From assembly GCA_001662655.1 (NCBI GenBank), contig KV460207.1: a stretch of DNA of 64,000 nt; one strand, given 5' to 3'. The translations under genes and the position numbers were made by a program. Below, piece by piece: positions 47,230 to 60,038 of this stretch (its first letter is position 1; each line of letters opens with the position of its first letter). The notes beneath the pieces were generated by a model. It ran no database searches, had not been told where the DNA came from, and was given only the letters and a program-made list of their open reading frames with translations. Origin of the DNA: Pseudogymnoascus verrucosus. Its lineage: Eukaryota.

Positions 47230-50200
47230 AAGGGGTGTTGTGTATACCCGGTGCGCGGTTTGGGGATGATTGTTCCCATACGTGCTTGTCTTTTGAGCCG
47301 TTTGGATTAGGGGGCGTTTGCATTTGCATGTGCTAGGAGTTATTGGAAGGGGAGGGGTTTATCTTGGGGGCGTTGTTTGTCTGGTTAGACACGTTTGGAT
47401 TTTAGGCCGTTCAATTGACGATTTGGCTCTTGTGATTCTCATTTTCCGCTTCCCCTCCCGTCCCGTGTCTCTAGAGATCTGTATCATCCCGATCCCGCCT
47501 TACCACTCAATCACCAATCCCAACGGCTATGTTTTCTGCCATTCGATCCCCGTTCCCGCCCACAACCAAACACCGAAACTGACGTCACTCCCTCCTCCAA
47601 AACCCACGGAAGCTATCCCAAAACTGCATTGCTTGCGGATTGACCTTTGGTTCCGAGCCCGCATCCCCCCTCTCCGTTCCAGCCACTGGAGTGGATCCCG
47701 AACCGCCCAATAACACTGTCATGACACACTGGCACCGGCCACACCGAGGCCTGTTTGTGGCTGGTAAGGCGGGCGGGGACCCCTTTTCGCCACATCCAGG
47801 GTCAGGAACGATGAGCTCTCGGTGGCCCCTACCTGATGCACATGCACGAAAACCTAAAATTGCGTATGAACGGGAAGGTACTTGGAGGTACAGCAGTCGA
47901 GTGTCAACTGAAGTGGAGTCGTGAGTGCTAGTAACTGTGGTAAGGTAGGGAGGAAAGCGGAGCGTGTGGCTTGCCCTCTCCACCATATCTATTGCCCCCA
48001 TTCGGCGAGGCCTATCGTTCATCCATCGTACACTTCCTCATATCGAAGGGATCTCCTCGCCTTCCCCGCCCCTCGCCACACTCACCTGCCTCTGATGCCA
48101 ATCATCCTCTTCTGCCTCTCTATCTCCCACCACACCCTCGGTATGCTGTCCGCCCCAGCGCCAAACAAGCTTTCCCTGTCTATCCACCCCGCTGCATATC
48201 CTTTCCTCCTATCTATTAGCGCGCTACGCGGCCCCGGCGGCCACGGCCCTACTCTCTTCTCGGGCATAATTTGCTGCGGCTCAGTAGGATATCTGCACAC
48301 CCCCTCCTCGAGATTATGCTCTAAAGGAGGCGACTGTGCAGAGATAACTGCCCCCATCAACACCAGCCACAGCAACTCCGTCCCGTCCGTCCCATCCCAT
48401 GCCATCCCATGCCATCCCTCCCATCCATCCCATCTCATCCCGTCCCCCAGAATCCCCCAGCATCCCCCCTTAGGCGGTAGTTGTCGCCGATCATACGCCC
48501 CCTTCTCGCACACGTGCCCTCCCTATTCCCATCGACACGGTGGCCACTTTCCCCGTATTCCCCGTCTCCCCCCGTGGCGCTCACCAGTGCCGCTCACCGC
48601 CCGGTCTAGAATCATACAGAGGGAGTCAGTCAAACCGCCATCTGCAGTCACGCAATCCCCTCCTGTCGCACCCAGCGCACCTCCCCTAACCTGTCCCCCT
48701 GAATATTATCTCCGTACTTCGTATCTGCGCGTCTCCACCGCTTTACAGCACGCACCGCAGAAGTTACGGAGAGTGCCGCAAGCGAATTGCGGGGATTTAC
48801 AGTACACACGGATTTGCGGATTTACAGTGCCTAATACGCTGCTCTCTGCCGTTCCTATGCCGTGCCGCTGTCCTGTCCTGCGCACTGTCACCACCGCCCT
48901 ACGCCTTCGCTGCACTGTAAATCCCCCTCTCCCTCTCGCATCTCCCGTACGATAAGCCGTATGATAAGCCGTACGATTACCGCACATACGTCCATGCGTG
49001 CATACTAGTACCCAGCCAGCCAGCGGCTATTACCACGTATGCCGCCTCCAATCGCCCAACTCGTCCTCCAGCCCGTCTCCCCAGCCCTCCGGATCATCGT
49101 AACACCCAGCCCGTGCGTCCGTGCCGCATCACGTCGACACCCTGTAAAGCGTAAACCGAAACAATCGTCCCTCCCCTCCTACCCCCTCCACATCTCCCAC
49201 GTCCCCGCTCCACATCCCGGAACGCAAGGTTTCCGAGACATCCATCCACTCACGACGGAGTCGCCACGCGCGCACACCCCGCACTGCGGCGCCGGCAGCG
49301 GTGTTTGCTATGGTAAGCAGATTCGCGAAGAAAAGGCGGCTGCGGCGATTGGATGGTGGGTCCCCCTCCTAATCTCCGTGCTCTACCTCGCCGAGAGCCA
49401 AAGTTTGTTTCGCGTGAAACCACATGTCCACACCGAGGCTAGGATGTTTGCTCGCTAACCATATGGACTTTTGGTAAAGCATCGGATTTTGGGGATGGGA
49501 AAGTTTTCTCGGCTAGTGGGGGGAAGTGGTAGGTGGGTGAGCTATCGATTTTTGTGCCCGTGCCCGTGCCCGCACCCACTGTACTACCACCACTACCACT
49601 ATCACAGTACCGTTACCGTCCATTGTGCAGTGAGAGACTATTATCTGCAACTTCCCCTCTCGGGGAGGTCGGCGGTCAGTCTCCTTGACACTACTTCCAC
49701 CACAGTGCTTCCACCAGTTGCCATTTACGGCATGTGGTCCCCGTCTACCCTCCCACCCAGAGACACATACACCGTCTCGCCCGCCCTCTAGCGCCTTAGT
49801 AGGTCTTACATCTTACCCACAGAAGCATCGTCGCGCAGTAGGGGCTTCGGCGGGTTCTGCGGCTATCTGCAGGTGCTGCTGGATCAGTCCTCTACGCTAA
49901 TCTGTCTCTCTGCAGTTGTCGCTCCGCTGTTCTGTATGGATGTCTTGGCGCATCGGTGGGGGCCGAAGGGGGCCTATGGATCGGTCTGGATTACTGATCT
50001 GTCGCCAGCAACGTCGTACTCGGACGTTCGGGTGCGAATACGTAGGTCCTGTCACTGATGGATGGGGAGTCGCGAATAGCTGCATGGCATGATGGGCAAG
50101 ATTCACAGTGAGAAATTCACGAACAAACGACGGGCAAAAGTGTAACGCAGTAATGAATGGTTGATAAGCATCACCAATCTTCTCGATTTCAACTCGCTGT

Positions 50201-50955
50201 AAAACTAGCGGCTTAGGTTATTTATTTTCATCTACCCGCATCCATGCATTCAGCTTCAGCCACTCCCATTAGAAGTCTCCGCTCCATCGATAGTATGCCG
50301 CTTCTTCTCCAATCTCCCCGGTTCTCGGTTCACCCGTCGCAACTAAACCCACAGTCGATCGTCCTAAGCCGTCCTCACTCCCCAACCTTTGCCTGCCGTC
50401 CTTCCCCAACTCCATAAAAGGAAATGATCAAATAAAACAAATCACAAACGCGCCTCCTTCCTTGTTGCCCCGCCCCTAGAAAACCGCCCCCTTTTTGCCT
50501 ATTGTCGTCGCCTCTTAGAAAAACGAAGTAAAAAAGGAAAGGCGTAATACGTGTTGCTCGTTCGTTTCATGCAGCCGGTTGTTTCTATGCCCCCGAAATT
50601 GTTGCCGTTTGGTTGCCGCCTAAAAGTAAACCAAAAAAAAAATGAAATAAGCGTGTATGTTTGTTGCCTGTAGAGTCGAGTGTTCGACGGTAAGGGTAAA
50701 AGTGTATGTGCATGAAATGGGGTAATTGTAGGAATTTTTTTGACCGATGCGAGCGAAATCCAAATATGCGCGTTGATTACGCGTGCATGTAGTATACATA
50801 AATCCTGGCTTTTTGTGATGCGCGAAGATGTGTGTGGGGTGATAGGTTGTGAATCGATGAGAGTTTGTCGCCGGAGGTTGTGAACGCCTAGTAACTCCAA
50901 CAAGCCGCAGACAGAGGCACTCAACACCAGCCTTCGTTGATCATGGGTATCATCC

Positions 50956-53550
50956 TTAGAACAACAAGCGGATCTCGCAACCCTCTGCCTCCGTCTCCTC
51001 TCCCTCCGCACCATCATCGTCAATTGTCATCTCCCACTCGCGCTTGACAGCTGCCAGGTTCTTCAACTCAAACACCACATCCTGTCCCTCGCGCATCTCG
51101 CGCACCACCTCGTCATCCATCTCGACCTCAAGGCCACTAGGGAGGACGCGCAGTGAGCGCCGGATGGTAGTAGGGTCGAGGCCCCATTTAGATCCGATTC
51201 CAGCGAGGAAATCGCTCAGCGTGCGTTTGGGAAGGTACACGGCGCGATAGTATGGCTTCTTCGTCGTAGGTGACGCATCACGGTACTGGACGTAGAAGCA
51301 AGCGACTGCCTTCCCTGCGGGCTCCGCTGGTGGGCGGTACGACGAGTCGACACCAAGAGCCTCGATCCAGCCGCTGAGACTCCCCGCATCATCTGTCTTG
51401 GGGATCTTGGTGAGCTGGTCAGGGGGGCTGGCGAGGTGCTGTGGGTTCGATGAGACGTCCGCGCCGAGAATGCCGTGGTAGTCGCCCCACTGCGCAGCTA
51501 CCGGGATGGCGGAGGAACCGAGCATAGCTTGCGAGTGCAGGGAGGTCGAGCTGGGGGATGGGGACACTAGCGATGATGTGCCGGCGGTGGATGCGCTGCG
51601 GACGCTGGTGCGTTGCTGCCAAGCGGCGGTGTCGCGCGAGTCAACCTTTGTGAGGTCCCATTGCTCTCCGGGGAGGGCGACGGGGTGGAGATCCGGGTCG
51701 TCTTGTTCGGCGCCGCGCAGATAGAGGATACTCACTGGGCGGGTGCTAGTGAACATGTCCTGCTGCTGCTGCAGCTTGTAATGAAGATCTTCCTCGACGG
51801 GGATGTGGCCGCCAGCCGAGCTAGCTGAGGACATGGACCAGGTGCGCTTGTGCTTTGGCACCTTCCCAGCTCGCTGGCTCGCAGTGGCCTTTGAAATTGA
51901 GCCAGTGCGCTTGCGCTTCCCAAAGTCCTTCATCCCAGCCTCGGCCTGGGTGATTTGCTGTTTGAGTTTGTCGATCGTCTTCTTCACATGCTGAACGTCA
52001 TTGGATAGCTTGCGCTCCGCTCCGTGGTCGCGGAACAGCTTGACCTTGCAGTACGCCACCTCAGTGGAGCCGGGGACGGCATGTGGCGAGCCCTGGTCCA
52101 GAACTTCAGTCTTGGCGCAGCAGCGAACGGGGATTCCCTTGACACCTTTGGAGTGGCTGAAATCTGTGGAGAGGAAGTTGAAGCGAACTGCCAGGGTGCA
52201 TTCTGCCAGTCCAGCTGCGCCGGGGGTCCAGACGACAGAGAACCCGTCGAACGAGGCCGATTCCAGCTCGACACGCGTACGCTTGTCGTCAGAGTCGGCT
52301 TGCTGAGTCGCCTCGACGTACTCAACAGCTTGCAGCTTTCCTCCGCGCTGGTGGGCCTCGTTGGTGCCACGTCCCTCTTTCCACAGCTGCCAGCAAGATG
52401 CGGGCCTCTGCCGTTGCTGCTCGTCCTCGAACGAGATGCGCACAAACGTGCGGTAGCGGGTGCCCACTGGCACGGGAAGCATTGGTTGCGTGTCCACGAT
52501 TGACACTGAGTACGCCTGGCCCTTGTTCAGGTATGTAATAGGAATCTCGTCGGTGTTCGAAATCATAGCCGTAGGCGCATTGAGCACCACATGAAAACGG
52601 AACTTCTCAGCTGATGATGGCAGCGGCGCAGCGGCATTTATCTCAAATTGCCGTGGCTGGTATGTCATCATAGGCGGCTGCATTGTAGTAACCTCCATCT
52701 GTCTGCCGTTGGCCTGCATCGGCGAGCCATCTTGGTCCATTGTCTCGTAGCCCGTATTGTGGTGCATGAATGCTGCCGGCGCATACGACTGCTGCTGCTG
52801 CTGCTCTTGGCCGGTGGTAGGGGGGTATCCAGTGTAATTGTTCTGAAAACTCTGCGGAGGCAAAGCCTGCTGCTGCTGGTACGGTTGTTGGAAATAGACC
52901 TGTCCAGGATGTACTACACCTCCCTCGCCCGTTTGCATTGACAATGGCGTTCCCACGCCCATCCCAATGCCCATACTGGGTGTATGCAGGTCGCCAGCCT
53001 GGCTGTGGTATAGAGGATTTCCGTTAGCGCCGGGGGTATAGTATGCGGGCATCTGGTTCGCGAATGCCGAGAAGGCATAGGAGTTCGGGTCGAGGAGCGA
53101 GGGCGTGAAGCGCCATGGCTCGTTCTGTGCTCTCGGTGTTGGGTCTAGGTCTTTCATCTCCGCTTGAGTGCGTCCTGGTCTGTATGGGAGTTCAGCAGCT
53201 GCCCACGCGAATGCCATTTTACGCTTCTTATTTTGCCGGGGGCGGGGAAAGGAAATACTTACGACTCTCCCATAAGGTTTGAAGGATCGACAACGGCATC
53301 GAGACTCGAGGGTCCAGACGCCGTCCCGGCGGTTGTGGCACCTACGACATTGCCGAAGTTGGCCTTGAAGTGGGCGTAAAGTTCGTCGCCGGGCTTTTGG
53401 GAAGATACTCTTGACGAAATGTTAGCAATGTTTCAAATGACTGCGTAGAATGCGATCGTGTGGCGGCACAAGCTGTGCAGCTTGCCGACGGTGGGGATCT
53501 GCTTCGGACGGGGGATATCTGGGCGCATTTGCTCACCTATTACGAAACAT
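50956..53550 (-). CDS. Grainyhead/CP2-like transcription factor; short first exon MFRNR at 53550-53537
   Basis: CP2 domain FRFHVVLNAPTAM...ITYLNKGQAY, VRFNFLSTDFSHSKGVKGIPVR, CKVKLFRDHGAERK. Upstream exons MFRNR|VSSQKPGDE were reconstructed from GT-AG sites. Confidence 0.9.
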
Positions 53551-54060
53551 CTGGAGGGAGCCGACGAGGTGAGGAGTCGTAGGAAGGCGCCTATGATCGA
53601 GCGTCTGTCGTCGTCAAGTGCATGTGTGAAGAAGGCCAATGCGAAGAGAAGAGCAGACTTGAAATGATGTGAGCGAGCGAGCGGAAGAATAGTAGGTAAA
53701 ACGAGTGAGTGTTTAAGACGCGGAAGCTCCTTGAAGAACAGAGAGTCTCAGTGATTATGGTGGGTTTGAGAATAAGAAGATTCGCAAGGTCTTCGGTATA
53801 TGTCTCAGTTCAAATGAGTTTCGGGGGTTTCTGCAGATGAGGATAATTATATACCAGCAGTGACGCTATGTATATGTATTGAACTGGGGTGGTGGGGGGG
53901 GGGAAGGGGGGGGTGGTTGAGAGCGGTGATCGTCGGCGTAAAAGGCTCTATTCGATGAGTTTCTCGAAGGATGTGAGAGGATGTATGTATGTGAGATGAT
54001 GGGATAAGAGAGTTTGAGCATGAAGGTGGTATTAGCAGTAGTGAAGTAGTAAGTAGCCAG

Positions 54061-54420
54061 TATGGGTATTGGGGTGTATGGGCTATGGGTTATGGGCTAT
54101 GGGTTATGGGTTATGGGTTTATGGGTTATGGATATGGTAGGGATATGGGTAAGGTGAATCCCAGTTAGCTAGTTTAGGTACTATAGTTAGTGTAGCTTTT
54201 AGCGCGGAGGGACTAACATTTTGGGGGAAGGGAGGGGGGAAGGATGGGAGGGGATGGAAGGGGGGAGTGGGGAGTGGGGAGGGGAGATGGGAATGGGAGG
54301 GGGAGCGGGGAGGGGAGGGATAGTGGGTGGGTGTGTGGATGGGGATGATGGTTCGAGGCATTTACTGTGGTGGTTGTGGTGGTAGTTAGTGGTAGTTAGT
54401 GGTAGTTAGTGGTAGTGATG
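54061..54420. repeat. Cluster of simple repeats: (TATGGGT/C)n, G-rich purine tract, (TAGTGGTAGT)n
   Basis: Read directly in the region upstream of Grainyhead. Confidence 0.8.
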
Positions 54421-57199
54421 ATAGTGGGTGTTTAGCGGTGGCTAGTGGTTGTGTTGAGTGGTGGGTTAGTGGTCCTATGCTGCTAGTAGAGTACTTCAGA
54501 GTACAAAAGGGCCTCAAAAACAGCGATTGGCCAGTGAATGTGCAGAGCGAGCTGTGGGGGGGTTGTTCGGCTATCTTTATGTCTTACTGTTAGAGTCCTC
54601 CACTACTTACAATACCGCGACTTCTTCTAACTGCTCAACATACACACACGTCAGATACAGCACACTACATGCGGAATGCTACCAATGTCTAATGTCTAAT
54701 GTCTAATGTCTGAGATGGTTTGCAGTTTAGGGGCGTAGGTTATGGCCACGGAAATATTACGGATATAGTACTCCGTCTATACGTGTATACCTCCCGTCGT
54801 AGTATGTACTCCTAGTGTGGAGCCCGGATGGACGTGCCTCCTCCATCCCCAAATATTTCTGCATCCCTTAATTCTCGATCCCTCCGACTTTTCTCGATCC
54901 CACTTCTCCCATCTTCGCCCTAAACCGCCCTAATTCCCCTGTGCTACCTCGAACCCGCACTTCCCATATCGTCCCGGAGGAGAAAACAAACATTGCTGCA
55001 CAGCCACCGCCACACTGACCAACGAACGCGAACTGGTATCGTGCCGGTCAGGGGTGGGCCTGTCCCAAGTGGGCCGTTCGGAGCGGACAACAAGGGGCAT
55101 CAATTCTCCCCCTTCCCTTCTCCCCGAACATTCACGGTTACGGTGCTCTAGGTACGCTTCAGTACCGAATGTCCATATACGGCAAGAGGGCCTCGGGATA
55201 CGCGCACACCCCCTAAACTGTTTTCACCGAGGGATGCGGAGAATGAGTATGCAAGAGTGATGGCTAGAACAAACGAATATTTGAGTCTTCACCGAGTGCA
55301 ATCAGCCTCCCGTGCCTCGGTGTGTATGCGTGTATCTGCGTCCGTCTGCTGCTGCCCATATAGAATGCATGCTGTGCGCCACGTACAATCTGAGAGAGTC
55401 GGTTGCACGGCATTTGCTCGCTCATATCTCCTGTAGCACATATGACACCTTTGCTGCAGATGACTTCCAACATGCTTAGATCAAACTTCGGCCACACTCC
55501 GTAGAGTACTCTCGCCAGACAGCTCGTTACATCCACACCCCCCCCCCTCCCTGACGTCGGTTCAGTGCAGAAAGATATCGCGCTTATCATCACTGGAGCA
55601 CAGCTCCATCCATCGCCACAATTGGCTCTCCAATCAACATTGCTGTGGCTTTACCATTACGCCACAGCTCATCACTCGCATTGGAGCGACTTGGCCCTTC
55701 CCCGCACCTGACGCATCGACTTTTCCCTCGTGTCGACGATCGCAAACATACCTCCCCCCACCACTGTCCACTAGTTTTTTCATTTTTCCCAATAAGCACG
55801 CACCTACTCGTCGAGCACAGCCACACGTCGCCCGTTTTGCCACTCGGCCACGACCGACGCCTAGACGACGTCAAAAAGGCCCGGCTATCGTCATAGCTTC
55901 GAGCCTTCGCATCTCGCCCAATATCAGATCTCCCGGCCGTGGGATTGTCGTAGGGTTTTTTTGCACGAGCTTGCCCATCGTGCGTTTGATAGGGCCCAAC
56001 GCCCGCTTTGCGTGTCGCCACCACGACATCACTGTGGCAATTGCATGCACGTGGACCCCTGTGTGGGGCAGCAAATCGTCTTCCTCCCCTCAAATTTCCA
56101 TCCCGGCTCGAATATTCGATATACCGTATAGTACTATCGAGTATCCTACTACTACTGTAGATAGAGTACAACGATCAGCGCAGCTCAGTAGCACAGGCCA
56201 GGATGCACCCGTTGTCCCTTCCGGAATTGATCCTCCATCACGATACCTCGTCGACGCCGCACTACTGTACTGCTGGCAGAAAAAGAGCCGTGCGCCCTGC
56301 AGTCATGCAGCACTGGTGGAGCCCTATGGTCTCCCATGGCCTCCCAGGCCTCCCAGGGCCTTTTCCCATCGTCCCAAATGACGTTCATCACATATTGCAG
56401 ATATTGCAGCTTCGTTAACCGACATCCAACAGTGCCGCCGCTGACCTGGCCGAAGTGAGAACTGACAGCACAGCGCTACCAAGGGTACTATCGACGGTAT
56501 GCCGTGCCGTGACCAGCAGGCTAGTCCGTGGCGGGACTGGATGCCGTGTGAAGCTCTGTCATCCGAGCCGTGGGCAAGCGCACTCAGTAAGGCGTGCAGT
56601 AGGCGTCTACTAGCACGATAATGTACGAACAGTACCTTGCGCGACTATTTCTTCACTCTCTGCTTCGGTGACGAATCTGAGAGTCCCTAAATCCCTAGTC
56701 CCTTCATAGTCCCCTCGTCCCCTAGTCCCTTCGTTAGTCTGAGACATACATAGGCTTTAATTTTGCACCTAAAATCGCACTTAACTCTCACTGGTGCCCT
56801 TAGCCTTAGTCCGGCGAGGGGTGAGGGAAAGTGTGGTGCGAGAGTGTTAAGGAGGGCCGAACTAAGATACGAAGTGTGACGTGTGGTGATGTCATTGATG
56901 GCGTTGATGGCTTGGGAAGCCGTAGTAGCCTACCAATGAGCTCGGTCCTGCATCCGGAAGAACCTAGACAATGACGGAAAAACGATCGGATTGGGTTGCA
57001 GGGTCGTCTCGTGGATGGTATTCGAGGGTGTCCCTGTGTGCTACTGCTTTATGATATCACCGGCGCATGCATGCAGAGATCTATTCATAGAGAGTTCGAT
57101 GGATGAATGGGATCTCGGTGTGACCAGAGCGGAGAGAAGCTCCGTCAAAGATGCCGCGTCCCGGTCTGGCCAAACACCGCCAAAAGTCCATGTCCATGT

Positions 57200-57273
57200 C
57201 ACGTGAACTACGTCATGGCAGCAGCATCAACCGCCTCAATCACGTGATCACAGGGCCTGTCCAAAGCCACGTG
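57200..57273. promoter_or_regulatory. Three clustered CACGTG E-boxes upstream of the OSBP gene
   Basis: CACGTG at 57200, 57241 (ATCACGTGAT) and 57268. Confidence 0.5.
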
Positions 57274-57969
57274 ATCGGTATGCCCCTCTAATCCCTATAA
57301 TCCAACTAGAACAGAATTGCTGCATGTTTGAATCAAAATCCCACCCTTTCCCCTAAATAGAAAAAGTAGCCTTCATAGTAAATTTGACGTGTTTGGTACT
57401 TGCGCATGTCTGGGAATCAGCTCCCCCTGATTCGCAGGCGTCAATCGATCTCGTCGCGCCTTCCATCCCCGTGGTCGATTTATTGGTCCGTACAAGGCCG
57501 CCCGCCGCGATAAGCTCCAACATCTCCCTCTGATCACCTTCTCATCTGTCTGTGGTCGGCTGGTCGTGTGGACATAGCCGACGCGCCGTTAAGTGCGGCT
57601 TCGGTGGCGAGGTTTGTGTTTGATTTCTCTCTTCTGCTTCCTTTTTATTTCATTCCATCTCGTCGTCGTTGGCTTGAAAGAGGTCGTTGTTGTTGTTGTT
57701 CCTGGCGCTTCGAGGTGCAGCTTAGGGTGCGGAAACAACCCCGCGATTTATCGCCCACCGGACTCCAACCGCCCGCCCTACCTATCTTATCTCAACCCAG
57801 ACCAGGCTATAATTGTTCCGTTGAACAAATCTATCAGAACACGCAATATCACCGCTATCGCTGAAACCAAGTCCTCATAGCTGCATACTACTTTGTCGAT
57901 ATACTGAGATACCAAAGTTGCTATCTTCGAGTTGCAAGCTACTTACTACCTCCGCAGAGACAAGCCATC

Positions 57970-59558
57970 ATGGCTTCAACCTCTAGCCCATCCGCCCTCG
58001 AGGCGTCACAAGAGCCCCCTCCGGCTCTAACACCCAACTCTGAGCTTGCAGCTGCTGAGGCGGCCACAGAGAAGCCACCGGATGATAGTTCGAAGCTGCG
58101 CATGTTCTTGGGCATTTTGAGAAAGTACGTCTCCCACCCTTATAACCCACCGAGCCTCGAGGTGGCAGGACTCGCGCCTTTCATCGTACACGATGCTAAC
58201 CACGCTCCCCTCGCAGGTTCATTGGCGTGAAAGACATAGCATCAGTGCGCTTCTCCCTCCCGGCGCAGTTACTAGAGCCTACGCCCAACCTCGAGTACTG
58301 GACGTACCTTGACCGTCCCGAAACCTTCACCGCCATCGGCGACTCCGACGAGCCTCTTGACCGCATGCTCGAGGTCCTACGCTTCTGGTTCACCAAGGAC
58401 CTCAAATACGTCAAGGGAAAGCCCTGCAAGCCATATAACTCGACCCTGGGCGAGTTCTTCAGGGTAATCCACTCTGCGCGCCTGGCAGCCACGGCCTAGC
58501 TAATACTCGACAGTGCAACTGGGAAGTCGCCGAAGCTGCCCCTTCCATCGCGAGCCTCCGCGCCTCCACTCCCTCCAGCTCCAAGTCCTCCGTGAAGTCC
58601 ACAGCGTCGGCCAAATCTACCTCGCCCGCCCCCAAATCCACTGATGAGCCCATCCGCATCTCCTTCCTTACTGAGCAGACCTCTCACCACCCCCCCGTCT
58701 CAGCCTTCTACGTCGAGTGTCCCGCCAAGGGTCTCTCGGCGCGCGGTTTCGACCAGCTCTCCGCAAAGTTCACAGGGACATCTATTAAAGTCACACCCGG
58801 CGAGCATAACCTCGGCATCTTCATTACCCTGCACAAGCGCGATGATGAGCAGTACCAGCTCACGCACCCGGCCGCTCATCTAGGCGGTCTGCTGCGCGGT
58901 GGTCTCAGCGTCAGCGTGGGAGATCAGTGCTATACCACCTGTCCTAAGACACGCATAAAGACTATTCTCCACTACCTTGAGGAAGGCTGGCTAGGCAAGG
59001 CACAAAACCGCGTCGAGGGCGTGGTCTTCAAGTATGACCCCGAGAATGACGATAAGATGCGCATCGCCGATGTGCCAGAGAAGGATGTGCTAGCGCGCAT
59101 TACCGGAAACTGGAAGGAGAAGGTGTTTGTGTCTTTTGCGCCGAATTTCAAGGTCCGTCTAACCCCTCCTACCTCCTCCCCTTAACCTCCCAACTAACAC
59201 TTGGCAGACCCAAATCCCCATCATCGACCTAACACCCCTCACACTCACCCCCAAGATCCTCCCACCCGAGACCTCTCAACTCCCCAACGAATCCCTCCGC
59301 TACTGGTCCGGCGTCACTGAAGCCATCACTTCGCGCCAGTTCGGACGCGCCACAGTTCTCAAGACAGAGATTGAGGAGCGTCAGAGGCGGAAGGCGCGGG
59401 AGCGTGAAGAGGGGGGGATAGAGTGGAGTCCGAGGTTTTTTGTTGGGAGTGTGACGCCGTTGGGACGGCCGGAATTGACGGCGGATGGGGAGGAGGCGCT
59501 GAGGAGGTTGGGGAGGGCGGAGTGGGCGATTGAGGAGAGTAAGGTTACTGCTTCGTAG
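57970..59558 (+). CDS. Short oxysterol-binding-protein-related (Osh) lipid transfer protein, multi-exon
   Basis: SVRFSLPAQLLEP, KPYNSTLGEFF, signature EQTSHHPPVSAF, ESLRYWSGVT, KTEIEERQR. Confidence 0.92.
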
Positions 59559-60038
59559 TGGGCAGTAGTGCGAGATGAGATGAGATTGGATATTTAGGGA
59601 ACTGGTGTGGACTTTTGGTGTGTTCATATAGATAGCATTGGTTGAGTTTGGCATGAAATGAGTGATGATGTTGGACGAGGTGACGGATAGAGAGAGGCAT
59701 ACAGTGATATGGGTAGATACCAGTGAGATTAACCGGCTTTGACCGGCTCTACTAGAGGCGACGGACATCTAGGATGGGGGGGGGGATTGCATACTGCATT
59801 ATATATACCAGGTATCTTAACAGAAAGGGTAATACTGCCAGACTCCGTGGATCATGATGATACAACTTTGCACTACGTGAAATAAATAATATGCTATGAG
59901 ATATGATATATCAATATATATATTGCAGGCCTAAATATGATAACCCTAGATTACACACAACTTCCATTAAGTAATTATTTCCTCCTCTTTCATTTCCCAA
60001 AACGCCTCAACATATTTTCAGTCTATATATCAAATATA

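Noticed and set aside
47921..48955. 344-aa Pro/Ser/His-rich ORF
   Set aside because: Non-ATG start and low-complexity C-rich composition, with no domain motifs.
54061..54135. Interstitial telomere repeat
   Set aside because: The unit is TATGGGT/C, not TTAGGG.
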